A DNA stretch of 64,000 nucleotides from Epiperipatus broadwayi (taxonomy: Eukaryota > Animalia > Onychophora), in NCBI GenBank assembly GCA_028023455.1, contig JAQFVV010000004.1, positions 22,072,001-22,136,000 on the forward strand, given 5' to 3'. A program made the translations under genes and the position numbers. The notes beneath the pieces were generated by a model that saw only the letters and a list, made by a program, of their open reading frames with translations, was not told the DNA's origin and made no database searches. Below, one piece after another: positions 1 through 11,357 of this stretch. The number at the start of each line of letters is the position of its first letter. The stretch's first letter is position 1.

Positions 1-868
1 GTGACATCTGGCTTGATTTTTTTAAGATTTTTATATTATAATATATTGTATATTTTTATTGAGTGGATATATGGATAAATTTGATTCTTAATAGCAAAGA
101 CCTTAGAAGAGAGTTGTCAAATTGAAATGCCATAGAAGTAATATCTAGGGTAATAAGCATAAGTATGATATCACTAGGGATAAAACTATTTAAGCCCTGA
201 TCTTAGTTTAGATGTTCTCTCTCACTTTTTGTCTCAATAATTAAACAATGTAAAAGTTTATGTGTTATGTATATCAGTAATTTTATTTAATCTTAATTAT
301 GGATATAATGAGAACATTTGTTCAAAAAACTTCTTATCTTTTGAGAGTCTAAATAACATAGGAGAAAAATAATCCCATTGCGTTAAATGGTAATTTAGGT
401 CTATAATATATAATTCATGAAATATATGAAAATTTTGACAACTACTGTTTCTGTTATCTAAATAAAACATTATTAATGCTGTAAAAATTTTAATAATGGA
501 ATACACTATTTAAAAATAAAAACATTGCCAAAATAGATAAATTTTTGGAAAGCTGTTAAATTACAATATATCTGGATTTAAATATGTCTATCTATACATT
601 ACAGGGAACATTGTAGGATTTTCAGCATAATCTTTAAAACATTTTGGACTACAAATTATTATATTTGTGATATGTATATATATGAGCAAATCATAGTAGT
701 TTGGTATATAATGTTTTATTTCTATGGAGTTATAACTTGACAGACAATCCTTGTGAGCGTAAAAGTAGAATTAAACAAGTAATATAATTTTTTATATATA
801 TTCTTTATTATTTTTTTTAGAATGTATGTGTTTGTTTAATATATAGGAAAATATAGCATTATCTAAAA

Positions 869-2390
869 CAGCGTTTCCCAACCTGTGGTACGCGTACCAC
901 TGGTGGTACGCGAGTTGCTGGTTGGTGGTACGCGAAAAATAATCAATAATGGCAGACATAAAAAAAAATCAAATCATAAAAATATCATAGAAACGTTTTT
1001 TCCTATAATTCATAAAAATTATTTTAATTAATAATATTATACAGTAAAGTTGTTAATATGTACAGTCGATGATCGAAAATCCAGCAATCGATATTGTTTT
1101 TTTGGAGCGCATTTTTAAATTTAGCCGTTAGCCATTAGTAACTTGAGATGTTGCCGCCACTGTTGTCATGGTGCTGCACTCTTGTTCACTTCACCACGCG
1201 GCTTACAAGTGACAGGTTATTGTTTGTGATTGTAACGTCTTTGTTTATTAAAATTCATTGATCCCCATATAACCCGCTTATTCGAATTTAGACAAGAAGG
1301 ACAGTTTTTTTTTTGAAGACAATTCTATTGATCTTTCTTCGAAATTATATGATTTTGGTTGGCTTCATTCAGGTGATTGCATATTTAACTGATATTTTTT
1401 TGCAAATAAATAACTTAAATTTGACACCTCAGAACAACTCGACAACGATCTTTAATGTTAATGATAAAATTGAAAATATGATTAAGAAATTAGATTTTTG
1501 GAAGCAGTGTATTTAAAACAATCAACCGGAAGTATTCAAAACTCTACATATTTTTTTGTTTGAAAATAAGGTTAGTCTGTCTCAAGATATACGAGAAAAT
1601 ATAATAGCACATTTAACAGGATTAAAATTGTCTTTAATGGAATATTTTGCAAAACCCGAAAACACAAATGATAAGTGGATTTCAAACCCCTTCTATGAAG
1701 AAAATTTAGAAAAAGCTACATCATTATCAATAAAAGAGAAAGAAAATTTAATAGAATTATCGACACAATCTAATTAATTTTGGTTAAACATTAAAGATTA
1801 TGAACAACTTTCTGAGAAAGCTCTTAAATTATTATTACCATTTACTAGTATGAAATTAGTAGAGAAAGAGCTTTTTCTTCATATATTTAAAAAAAAAAAA
1901 AAGTATTGAAACAAATTGAATGCAGCTGTAGACTTAAGGGTATACCTCACATCTTTTGAACCAAATTTCAAAAAATTATGTTTTTCGAAACAAGCACAAG
2001 GATCTCATTAAATTTATTTTATAAAAATATTTGATTATGATAAAATATATTAATTGGTTTTTTATAATTTTGTGTTTTTATTAAAACCATTTATTAGTAA
2101 ACGAAATATGACAAAATAGTAAATAAATATGAAACTTTGAACAAACACATATATATATATGTTACAGTGAATTTATATTTTCAGTGAGTTTATAATCGTT
2201 TAAGCGTGTTTCAATGTAATTTGTCTCATTGTGATGTGAATACATGGTCACCCTATAATATTTATAATGCAAATAAAATAACACACTCGCAATAAATTTC
2301 ACAAAATACAATCATTTTTACGAAGTGGTACAATTTAGCGTGATGTACTAACCAAGTGGTACGCGAGCCAAAAAAGGTTGGGAAACGCTG
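869..2390 (+). mobile_element. Non-autonomous hAT (Buster subfamily) DNA transposon, internal-deletion derivative
   Basis: Perfect 16-bp TIRs CAGCGTTTCCCAACCT (869-884) / AGGTTGGGAAACGCTG (2375-2390). Perfect 8-bp TSD ATCTAAAA (861-868, 2391-2398) with central TA, typical of Buster. Subterminal GTGGTACGCG motif three times on the left and once on the right. Confidence 0.95.
1349..2011 (+). pseudogene. Buster-type hAT transposase C-terminal remnant (frameshifts and stops)
   Basis: Translated fragments IAYLTDIFLQINNLNL, HLTGLKLSLMEYF, KWISNPF, LIELS, FWLNIKDYEQLSEKALKLLLPFTS and C-terminal EPNFKKLCFSKQAQGSH* resemble Buster/ZBED5/FAM200-type transposases. Confidence 0.85.
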
Positions 2391-3467
2391 ATCTAAAAGA
2401 AAAGATTCAAATAAATAACAAACAAAATCAAAAACAATATCTTTAATTTCTTTAAATAAAAGTATGTTTGTTTGCTTTCTTCATTTATATTTAAAAATAA
2501 ATAAATTATGTTTTATGTATAAATATTTATGAGTGAAATTGATAAAAGTATAGATTTAATAAATATTTATATTATATGTATGTAAATTAATAAGCTTATG
2601 CATATTATGATAAGAAATAAGAAATAAGTTAAACATACTCACTAAATTTTGGAAATATATTTTTATGTATTTATTTGGCAATATTTTTATTAGTATCTAT
2701 TTTTCTTTTTGTTTTTTTAGTGTATTGTTCTCAACACATGACAACTACATTTATAAAGCAATATATTAGGTACAATAAATAAATGGAAATTAATTTGGGA
2801 GTTAATTACTCAGCAATAAATATTTTATTTGCTTTTTAATTTTTATTTTATTTTTATTATTGTTAATAATAAATTTTTATTTTGTTAATTAAATTGGTTC
2901 TCCAAGTGATCTTTGGTAATTAAATTATTATACTCAACATTGATACAAATATTGAGAGTCTCTGTATATATATTTTTTTTACTATTATTATTCATTTATT
3001 ATATTATTAGCTAGTCAGAACATTAAATAAACATTCTGCATATTTTATTCATTGTATTAACATTATATTTGGCAGTTCAAGTAGAATCTAAATAAGATCT
3101 TTCATCAGAGATAAGTATTATTACATTTGACCCTGAAAATGTGAGATTTGATTAATATTTATTAATTTATATTTTGGTACCATATCATGTGGCATGATAA
3201 TAATTAGCCTGAAAACAGTTCATCAATTATATTTTGACATTATAATGACTAACTGATTATAAAAGTTAAGCTAATGTTTTGTTAATCATTATCCGGTTAA
3301 ATTAAGATAATTGTTTATACTATTATAATTTGGCATCAACATTATAGGCAATTTGATATTTATTTATTTATATTTTTATTTTATGCTATTATAATTTGTA
3401 TATTAAATTTGTTAAATATTATAATAATTATATATTACTATAAAAACACAAGCCCTTTCTTACATTT

Positions 3468-3486
3468 TGTTGTTGTTGTTGTTGTT
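3468..3486. repeat. (TGT)6 microsatellite
   Basis: Read directly from sequence. Confidence 0.9.
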
Positions 3487-4215
3487 CAATACTTCATTTA
3501 GTCTGTAATAAAAAAATTTTTTCATGTATTAGTCCATGTAGTATGTAGTCAATTCAGAAACACTGTTCTATATAATTTATGGTACTTTGAAATTAGAACT
3601 GCAATGTAAGGGAAATAGGTGGTCTTTTCACACCCACAATAAATGTGTAATGCTGCAATGCCATCAAATTGAAAGGAAATAATCCCTGCGAGTATATGTG
3701 ACAAAACGTGTTTTTCTTTATCAACCCCATCTTTTTTTTTTCATAATACTTCGACATTTTCAGTTATTGTCCAGATTTCTTTCTGGCAAAAGCTATTCCA
3801 ATTCATATACAGTTGTATATTTTTAGTTTTTGTTTCTTTTTTTTTTAATTTAATTTGTTTATAAAAAAGTACGTTTATTAGAATTTCTGTTGAAATATTC
3901 TGCAATCATGTGCTACATTTTCAGAGAAGGAAAATTTTTAGAAAAGATCTCCATTTTCTGTGGCAATATTATATGTGAAATGTTTAGTTTCCGGCAATAA
4001 TTCCTGTTATATATTACACAATAAGTATTGTATGAGTATACTTCTATCTTTTCCCAAAGACTTTATCTTGTGTTTGGAAAGTGGGAGTATTCATTAATAT
4101 AGTTAAATCTATAAAGCGCATGTGCATAGCTTATTGGCTTATTAATATTACAGTTTATAAAAACATCGCGCTATATAAAATAAATGTCTTGTTTAATGTT
4201 TTTTCATAAACACTA

Positions 4216-4885
4216 TTTAAAAACCAAAATCCTTTACTGTTTGTTTAGTGCCAATTGTTTGGTAACATTTTTTTTGTGTAATGATGTCATTTCATTAAGA
4301 TCGCAGAACACTTTTTTTTTTTTTTTTGATTGAGAATGTTGTTTTTAAAAGTTGTTAGTATGAAAGTCATATGTATAGTTAATGTCTTTTTAAAAATATT
4401 ATTTAAAAACCAAAATCTTTTACTGTTTGTTTAGTGAGTATTTAAACTAACAATTTTTTTTGTGTAATGCTGTTATTTCATTAAGATCGCAAATCACTTT
4501 TTTTTTTTTTTCAAATGTCGGTGATAAAAGTTGTAATGTCCAAGTCATACATATTTGAATGTCTGGTTATTTAGAAACCAAAATCATTATTGTTTGTCTA
4601 GTGTGTATTTAAACAAATTATTTTTTTGTGTCATGCTGTCAGTTCACTAAGATCGCAAATCACACTTTTTTTTTTTATTTCAAATGTCATTCTTAAAAGT
4701 TATAATGTCCAAGTTGTACCTATTTGAATGTCTTGTTATTTAAAAACCAAAATCATTTATTGTTTGTTTAGTGCATATTTAAACTATTTTTTTCATTAAG
4801 ATTGCAAATCACTTTTGTTTTTTTGATTTCAAATGTTGTTCTTAAAAATTGTTAGTGTCCAAGTTGTACATATTTGAATGTCTTA
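4216..4885. repeat. Tandem repeat, 4 diverged units of ~145-185 bp
   Basis: Units start with TTTA(A/G)AAACCAAAATC at 4216, 4402, 4570 and 4739. They share TAAGAT(C/T)GCA.A.CAC-polyT and AAAAGTT...AAGT motifs. Confidence 0.9.
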
Positions 4886-4972
4886 TTCAAATTCATACAT
4901 TTCTTATTGAAAATGATAAATATGTTTATTATGTTTTTACTTTTAGTTATTTTTAGTCCGGTAACACTACGT

Positions 4973-6233
4973 ATGTATTAGACCTACTACGCCCTTTTCA
5001 CATTCGTATCAAACCCTTGATAACTTTGTAAATCTTGCCAAAATATCATGTACAAGATTTGTGTACACATTTTTTTTTTGCCAAAAAATTTGTGTACAAG
5101 ATCCATGTACACGCTATTTTGATCAGATCCCAAGATTACAAAGCTATCAGCAGATTGATATGAATGTGAATAGGCCAAAATCTGTGTACACCTGGGTCTC
5201 GTTTTATGCGGATTATTTTAATGTGATTCATGTTTCTTCTTAATATCTTTTATATTTCACTACATTTATTAGATATCAAGAAATTTAAATTATTAATAAC
5301 TTACTTTGACTTGAAATACTTTTTTTTCTTTCAAAAATATGTTATATTAGCAGCTAACGTGAATATGGCCTGAAGCTGTGTTGAGAATCATAGCTTCTAT
5401 GTAAATAACCTATTTATACTAATGAGTAAATAATAATAATAGATTTATACTTACATATAAAAATATCACAATAAATATTCAAAAAATTTAAACTTTTAAA
5501 ATATATTTTGCTATATATAAAATAAATAAATAATCTTTTAGATTTTTAAAATAAAAAACGAAGATTTTATAAACTGAAAATAATCTTTCTAATGATAATG
5601 TATAATCTTTTTGTTTTGATTGCGATCTCATTTTTTTAATATAAACAGAAAACTATTAAGATGCACAAGACTGAAAGTAGTGCTAGTTGTACATCACATC
5701 ATGAATAAAAATGAAGTGACTAACAGGTTTCTCTGGGCATAATTGCTGAGAGATTCTTGACTTCATTTAAGAAAAAGCCACAATACATCACATCATATCG
5801 AATCTGATTTCTTACCAGTTTACAAACGAATGCTAGCGGTAATGATTAAAATATGTATGAAAAATGTAAAATTAAATACTGTAGTTAATAAAAAAAGTAA
5901 AAAAAGTTTGTCTTGTATTAATTTTTTTAAAATATTTGAATTTTTTTATTAGACATACTTTATTTGCTTATTTTTTTAATGTGAATTTTAAAGTAATTTT
6001 TCCTTGTTACTTTGCTTTTATGCAAATTCTGAAAATTACAGAGCCTATCCCCCATTTTTCAAGGTAAGTTAGGTCTATTTTTGTATGATTTATTTTAATG
6101 TGGGTTTTCTGTAGAACCTATCTACCGCATAAAATGAGACCCAGGTGTACATGTTATTTTGGTCAGATCCCAAGATTACAAAGTTATCAGTAGATTGATA
6201 CAAATATGAACAGGTGCAGTAGGTCTAATACAT
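4973..6233. mobile_element. Small palindromic (MITE-like) element interrupted by a pogo-like MITE
   Basis: ATGTATTAGACCTACT (4973-4988) / AGTAGGTCTAATACAT (6218-6233). Left arm 4991-5052 is the reverse complement of both 5108-5177 and 6148-6213. Confidence 0.6.
5189..6147. mobile_element. pogo/Tigger-like MITE, copy 1 (interior type A)
   Basis: 23-bp TIR CACCTGGGTCTCGTTTTATGCGG / CCGCATAAAATGAGACCCAGGTG (1 mismatch), TA on both sides (5187-5188, 6148-6149). Superfamily inferred from TA TSD and TIR style. Confidence 0.9.
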
Positions 6234-6857
6234 GTTCCATGTTGCAGTTCTAATACCAAAGTACCTAATTTATTTATATTAATTCATTTACAACAAAAAT
6301 AAGTAACATTTTACTTTCCATTTTAAAAAGATGTTTAATCCAAAACAATATTTTTATTTTTTAGATTTACTAAGCAGATCAAGTCTTTTCATGTCTCTTA
6401 AATTTTTTTGTTTTAAAAAAACTTATAGAAAGAGTTAAAGTAGTCTAATTGGTTACTTAAATTTCAAAATTTCAAATTGAGCCTAATTAATTAATTAGAC
6501 TATTCTAGCTATTTTTACAATACAAGTCTTTTAAAAGAAAAAAAGGTCAAAAAAGCATGAAAATGTTGATAATCTGTCTATTGACACTCAAGGTCCATGG
6601 ATTATGATTTCAGCTATCATTTCCAATGCTCAAACTTTCCAGTAATAAACCATTCCATTATTTTATTTTATTAACTATTGAAGCAATACAAAAAAAAATT
6701 TTTTCCATAATGCAGCTAAACTAAAATTAATAATATCTCTAGCAATAAGTAAATATTATTTAAATAAAATATTTTCTATAAAAAATAACACAGCTCCTTT
6801 ATCATTCCCACCTAAAATAAAAATAAAAATGTGGTGCTTAAATGCATTTTCTACATA

Positions 6858-7541
6858 TAAACTAATTGATAAATTGCCAAATTTTTTTATAAAAAATAAA
6901 AAACACAAAAATAATTTGTTTGAAAATATAAAATAATATATTTTGAAAACAAACCTGAAAATAATATGTTTAGAAAAAAGAAATAATTACAATGATGTTT
7001 TCAATTAAGTGTGATTGATGCAAACAGTTTGTTAAAAATTTTGTTAATGATAATGGAAAATGATTTAAGTAAAAACAAACCAAAAAAATAAAAAATGATA
7101 TATATTTGAAAACATAAAAATATAATTTTTTACAAAACAATTAATGATTGAAAAACAAATACTTTTAATAAATATGATGAATGAAAATATTACATAAGAA
7201 ATTAAATTAGCTATGATAACAAACACTAATTTAATTTCTTTTGGAATGCTTACCCATATTTATTGAAAATATTTATTTTTCAATCATTGTTCACTAAATA
7301 TATTTTATTTTCATGTTTGTTTTTTTTTGTTTTACCTTCATAACAGCCATTTGTTATTATTGTTAATAAAATTTTCCAGTGAATGTTTGCATTGATATTT
7401 GTTTGCTAAATATATTATTTTCAGATTTATTTTTTAAACAAATTATATTATTTTTATGATTTCAAATATACATTATTTCTATGCTTTGTTATTTCTAGTT
7501 TTGATTTTTTATGAAAAATATGAAACTTATCAATTAGTTTA
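6858..7541. repeat. Old diverged long palindrome (foldback), arms ~350 bp
   Basis: Outer TAAACTAATTGATAA (6858-6872) / TTATCAATTAGTTTA (7527-7541). Central AAGAAATTAAATTAG (7196-7210) / CTAATTTAATTTCTT (7226-7240), with collinear patches in between. Confidence 0.7.
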
Positions 7542-7926
7542 TTCTTGTCTTCTTTACTATGAGGATGGTAGCTCCACTAATGAATAGATTGTATATTACA
7601 AATAAAATAAATTGTTTATTGCTCAGTCTATCATTTTAACAATATCGATAAAGTACAGAAGCATGGATTGTAAAGCATGTTGAATGAATAATGTGTATTA
7701 TAATCTAATCAATTTATTCAGTCTACAAAAAAATTATCCAATAAATATCCAGTATATCTAATAGATAAAAATCTTGCAAAAATACAATTAAAAAAGATTT
7801 TATTTATTGTTCTAAATAATAATAACAATAACAATAATAATCATATAATTAATATCTTGGAAGATTGAGTGATATTCCAGAACCTTAGTAGCAAATTGAG
7901 TATAGAACAGTTGCATTCTTGAATGA

Positions 7927-7953
7927 AATAATAATAATAATAATAATAATAAT
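7927..7953. repeat. (AAT)9 microsatellite
   Basis: Read directly from sequence. Confidence 0.9.
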
Positions 7954-8679
7954 CATATAAATGCAACTTTATGTACAATATAATGTAACTTCTAAATAAA
8001 ACAAAATAATGAACAAATATTATTTTAGACATATATAGTGTAAAATATTAACACTACCTGCAAAAAGCTGTTAGATGTTACTGAGTGAGATTCTTTAATT
8101 CTTCTTCAAGGCCTTAATGGAACTGGGCAGAGTAAAGTCTTAATGTCTATTCCATACTATCTTTCAATGCTTCTACTACTATATGATTATTCATGTAACA
8201 AATGAAGATGGACAGCCTGCTCACCAACATATATTAGCTAGCATTGATTAGTTGATTGACTTTTATCTTCTGAGTTTAAAATCAAGAAATATCACTATCT
8301 TTTTTCTCAGACATCTAATAGTAAAATATCAGCAGTTTTGTTAAAGGAGGATGAATATTGTATGAATGAACTTTTTAAAAATAGATATTTACAATCATGT
8401 TAGGCAAAATTAAATTATGGTCCTCATTCCCAAAGGCTCTAAATTTTTCAGTGAAGGCAGTAGTTAATAGCCAAAGGTGGAGAATGTTATGAATTCCCTG
8501 ATTGTTGATCTAGACTATCATTTGATAATGACCTTTTATTTTGATATTTACATAACTGCAAATCACTTTCACATGAAAGAAAATTCCATGAACTGAAAGA
8601 ACAACTGTCTTAATATTAAATAATACATTGATGGACTTTGTAAAATTTGAAGAAAAAGTGAAAAACAAGTGATTTAAAA

Positions 8680-9560
8680 AGTGGACATATATTTCACTAT
8701 AATGTTAGAAACACAAATTAAATGGGATTTATAAATAAAAAATGGAAGAACAACATTGAAGGTAAAGATTAGGTATTCAAATTAATGAAAGATAGCAAAT
8801 GCAGATAATTCATATTTATGCCCCAGCAAGTTTGCATTGTCATGAAAAACAAAAGGATTTTAATAAAGATGTACAAAGTACTGGATCAGACCAAACAACA
8901 TTTTAAAAAGATCATGGGAGACTTTAATACTAGAAATGATAAACACAGACAAACTTGTGGAGTTTTCACAAACTGTATATTATGAATTGTTTTCTTTGAC
9001 AAAAATGCTGAATAAAAATAAACATAGAAACACCCAAATGAAAGTATAGCACAATTGGATTGTATCTTGACCAACAGAAAATATGTATTTCAAGATTGTA
9101 ATGTTTTTGAACAGAAAGTAATCATCAATTAATGAGATGAAAGATACATGTTAATACAAAAATGGAGAGACAGAAATGATTAAAACAGTATTAATAGTTA
9201 CTATTTTTAATCTTCAGAAACACTCCAATTAATTTAAATTAAAATTCACAAATTATTTTAAAATATTAACAGATTTTGAAGATTTCAAAGATGGTTCAGA
9301 CATAAATGAAATCAATAAAAAGATAATTTATACACTATTAAGAAGTACAAGAAAGGTAACTGGTACAAAAAAGGGCAATTTACCAATAAATTTTCTACCG
9401 AGACAAAAGAATAATGAAGAAAAGAAGAAATATAATTTTATTATAATGGCACTAAATAGAGTTAATAATAATGTAATAAAATATAATGGAGAATTGCCAA
9501 GGAAAGTTATAGATAAGTATAAAAATGTAAAAAATACAAACATCATCCTGATATGGGAAG
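8680..9560 (+). pseudogene. RTE-clade non-LTR retrotransposon, APE endonuclease remnant
   Basis: Fragmented motifs IHIYAP (8808-8825), IMGDFN (8911-8928) and HPNESIAQLDCILTNRKYVFQD (to ~9095), followed by a KFSTETKE linker. Confidence 0.65.
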
Positions 9561-10513
9561 TTATTTCTGCAAAAATTGATAACTTATTACTGTTATACTA
9601 CTACTTATAAGAATGAGTATTTAATATTTGTATTTTCTTGTTTTAAATAAGTTAATGTTTTTACAGCTTTTAATTTTAAAAAAAAAATTATGCAATTTTT
9701 TTTTAAAAAAATACACAATTGTGTTATTTTAAAAATGACAAGATAATCAAACATCATTTCTTAATAAATAAAAAATATTCACATTATTATTTATTTCAAT
9801 AACATTACTTTCTACCATTTTTTAAAATAAACTTTTATTAAATGTATATATTTGCTATTTTCTATTAAAAATTACTATGCTTCCAAAAGTTGTTTTTTTT
9901 ATTTGACCTGATAATTCTATCAAAATTGCAATCATTTCTTTAGAGAACGAGATTATTTACATGAGTATTCATTCTGTTGTACACTCCTATTTTCTCAAGG
10001 ACTATAATTTAAAACACAAATTTTTATAAAATATTTTTTAAAAAACAATTTACATATTATAGAGGCACACAATCTCTATATAGAAAAATTAGTTAATTTC
10101 TTGTAAAAAAGACTTATTTGTCTGCATACAAGAGAGAAATTATTTAATAGGTAAACAATATAACTATAATAATTAAAAGTTATTGTCATTGTGTGTATTT
10201 TTTTAATGCCATTGACAATTTGTAATCACATTGCTAATGTAAATACACTAGTTAGAATCATATCTTAATCACTGATACAATTAAACATTAGAATATTTTT
10301 TAAAAATTACAATAATTACATACATCTATAAATTATAAATGCTAATTATTGTATAATTCTTTTTTTTTATTTAAAAAAAAAAATTGTTTATAATCATAAT
10401 GCTATTCAAATTTTGCATTCTAATGCAAGTGTTTACAGTACATATGATTTTAAAAAATCATATATAGCCCAATATATCCAAAATATTAAATCAACAGAAT
10501 TGTAATATAAAAA

Positions 10514-11357
10514 GGTACTGTGGTATTAGAGCTGCGACATGAAGAATTATAATCGTTTAATCATTAAATTAATTAGGTTTATTAAATCAAAAATATATTT
10601 TAAAATCTACATTAAAAAAACAACAACAATTTAACAAAAGAAATTAGAAAAGCATTAATGTGAAGAATAGTTAAAATGCGTGTTTAAATCAAATTGAGTT
10701 TGTGTTTGCATGTGCATATTCTGCATAATCTATTTTAGTACATTGTACAAGCTTACACCTGCATTTATATATGTAATATATGTGGGATTCGAACTCAGAC
10801 TTTCACACGACCTACAACTTTCAGTGCCTTCTTATATTGCTGACTCACCTGATCACACACATGTTGAAAAGATAAATAATCACCAATATACATATTTTGT
10901 GCTAAACTAGCGGCTCAGATTACCATCTCCACACATATATACAAATAGTACTCAGCTTTATATTAAGATAACCGATCTTCATACTTTAATGAGTACTGGT
11001 TTAACACGAAGTACGTATATTGGTGATTATTTATCTTTTCAACATGTGTGATCAGGTGAGTCAGCAATATAAAATGGCACTGAGAGTTGTAAATCATGTG
11101 AAAGTCTGAGTTTGAATCCCACATATGTAAGCCTGTACAATGTATTAAAATAGATTATGCAGAATATGCACATGCAAACACACACTCAATTTTAATCTTC
11201 ACATTAATGCTTTTCATATTGTTTTTTTTTTGTTAAATTGTTGTTTTTTTTTAATGTAGATTTTAAAATATGTTTTTGATTTAATAACCTAATTAATTTA
11301 ATGATTAAACGATTATAATTCTAATTCTTCATGTCGCAGCTCTAATACCACAGTACC
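10514..11357. repeat. Foldback palindrome (~230-bp outer arms) enclosing the hammerhead-family element
   Basis: GGTACTGTGGTATTAGAGCTGCGACATGAAGAATT... (10514-10747) is inverted at 11136-11357. Near-identical 8-mers TATAAAAA (10506-10513) / TATAAAGA (11358-11365) flank it. Confidence 0.9.
10748..11135 (-). mobile_element. Decayed copy of the inverted-repeat hammerhead element
   Basis: Arms and core are homologous to 46043-46453 in opposite orientation. Retains stem II/GAA/stem III remnants (GTACTGGTTTAACACGAAGTACGTATATTGGT, 10993-11024) but lacks the intact CTGATGA core. Flanked by TA. Confidence 0.8.

Noticed and set aside
1-500. Possible minus-strand PLE RT trace (DIILMLITLDITSM)
   Set aside because: Single weak motif at the window edge.
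3065-3108. Minus-strand CTGATGA followed by an imperfect hairpin
   Set aside because: No GAAA adjacent to stem II (ACTTGAAC) and no stem I or III.
3600-4120. Possible minus-strand hAT (DUF659-type) transposase trace
   Set aside because: Only vague motif resemblance and no TIR or TSD.
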